Below, one piece after another: positions 63,445 to 64,000 of a stretch of DNA of 64,000 bases. The stretch's first letter is position 1; each line of letters opens with the position of its first letter. The position numbers and the translations under genes are program-made. Source of the DNA: an uncultured delta proteobacterium (lineage in GTDB: Bacteria; Myxococcota_A; Polyangia; Haliangiales; Haliangiaceae); contig CAVUQH010000003.1 in assembly GCA_963743525.1 (NCBI GenBank), forward strand, positions 96,001-160,000, given 5' to 3'. The notes under the pieces were generated by a model. That model worked only from the letters and a program-made list of their open reading frames with translations. It was not told the origin of the DNA and ran no database searches.

Positions 63445-64000
63445 CGCAGCACCTCGGCCAGCGTGGCCAGAAACAGGCTGTTCTCCTCGTCGGTGCCGAC
63501 GGTCACGCGCAGGCATCCGGCCAGCGGGCCATCGCCGTCGAGGTTGCGCACCAGCACGCCGCGCTCGGCCAGCGCCTGCCACACCGTCGTCGCCCGGTGG
63601 TCGCCGGGCTCGCCGACGCGAAACAGGATCAGGTTGGCGCGGCTTTCGAACGGCTGTACGCCGTCCATCTGCTCCAGCGCGGCGTGCATGCGGTCGCGGG
63701 CGGCGGCGATCTCCAGGCAGTGCTCGCGCAACAGCTCGTCGTGGTGCTCGAGCAGCCACACAGCCGCGTGCTGGTTGAGCGCGCCGATGTTGTACGGCGG
63801 GCGCAGCTTTTCCAGCTGGTGCACCAGCGCCGGGCGCGCGTACAGGTAGCCGACCCGCAGCGCGGCCATGCCGATCTTCGACAGTGTGCGCATCACCACC
63901 AGGTTGGGCAGGCGCGCGACCTCGTCCATCAGGCTGTCGCCGCCGTAGTCGGCGTAGGCCTCGTCGTGGACGACGATGGAGTCCGGGTAGTTCTCGGCGG
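63441..64000 (-). CDS. hisC: Histidinol-phosphate aminotransferase, 3' part
   Basis: DEAY, RTLSKIGMAALRVGY, PYN, SRANLIL, CLRVTVGT.EEN. Confidence 0.9.
   Translation of the reverse strand, partial: AENYPDSIVVHDEAYADYGGDSLMDEVARLPNLVVMRTLSKIGMAALRVGYLYARPALVHQLEKLRPPYNIGALNQHAAVWLLEHHDELLREHCLEIAAARDRMHAALEQMDGVQPFESRANLILFRVGEPGDHRATTVWQALAERGVLVRNLDGDGPLAGCLRVTVGTDEENSLFLATLAEVLR

Overview
High-GC, myxobacterial-type (Myxococcota-like, inferred from gene content) chromosomal window that is almost fully coding, with no mobile element, CRISPR array or rRNA. Core genes: uvrB, thiE, pal-cpoB, selB, serS, a tRNA cluster (all four tRNA-Ser isoacceptors plus tRNA-Arg(ACG) abutting tadA), SRP RNA, dnaX-ybaB-recR-mglB-mglA, rng, queD-like, nhaA and hisC. 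These are interleaved with signalling and envelope genes: a Ser/Thr kinase module, two sigma54 activators, three ECF sigma factors, zinc-ribbon/low-complexity membrane proteins, an MshEN protein, S8/M16/M14 peptidases, Slt and an L,D-transpeptidase. About eight apparent single-base indels split otherwise intact genes and probably reflect assembly error. Most interesting observations: (1) an ECF sigma factor fused through a TM helix to a DsbA-like CxxC domain, with an internal RBS and an upstream 8-mer shared with a nearby exported thioredoxin-TPR gene, a candidate one-component envelope-redox system; (2) a metzincin-like lipoprotein with two Zn-ligand His replaced by Arg, upstream of a HEAT protein and a kinase module; (3) an RNase G with Asn at a catalytic Asp; (4) a Cys-rich orphan ECF with its own promoter; (5) a PqqD-like/membrane-fusion protein directly behind mglA; (6) a palindromic 13-bp tandem array and a long intergenic hairpin. 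All calls were made by eye from motifs; no database searches were run.
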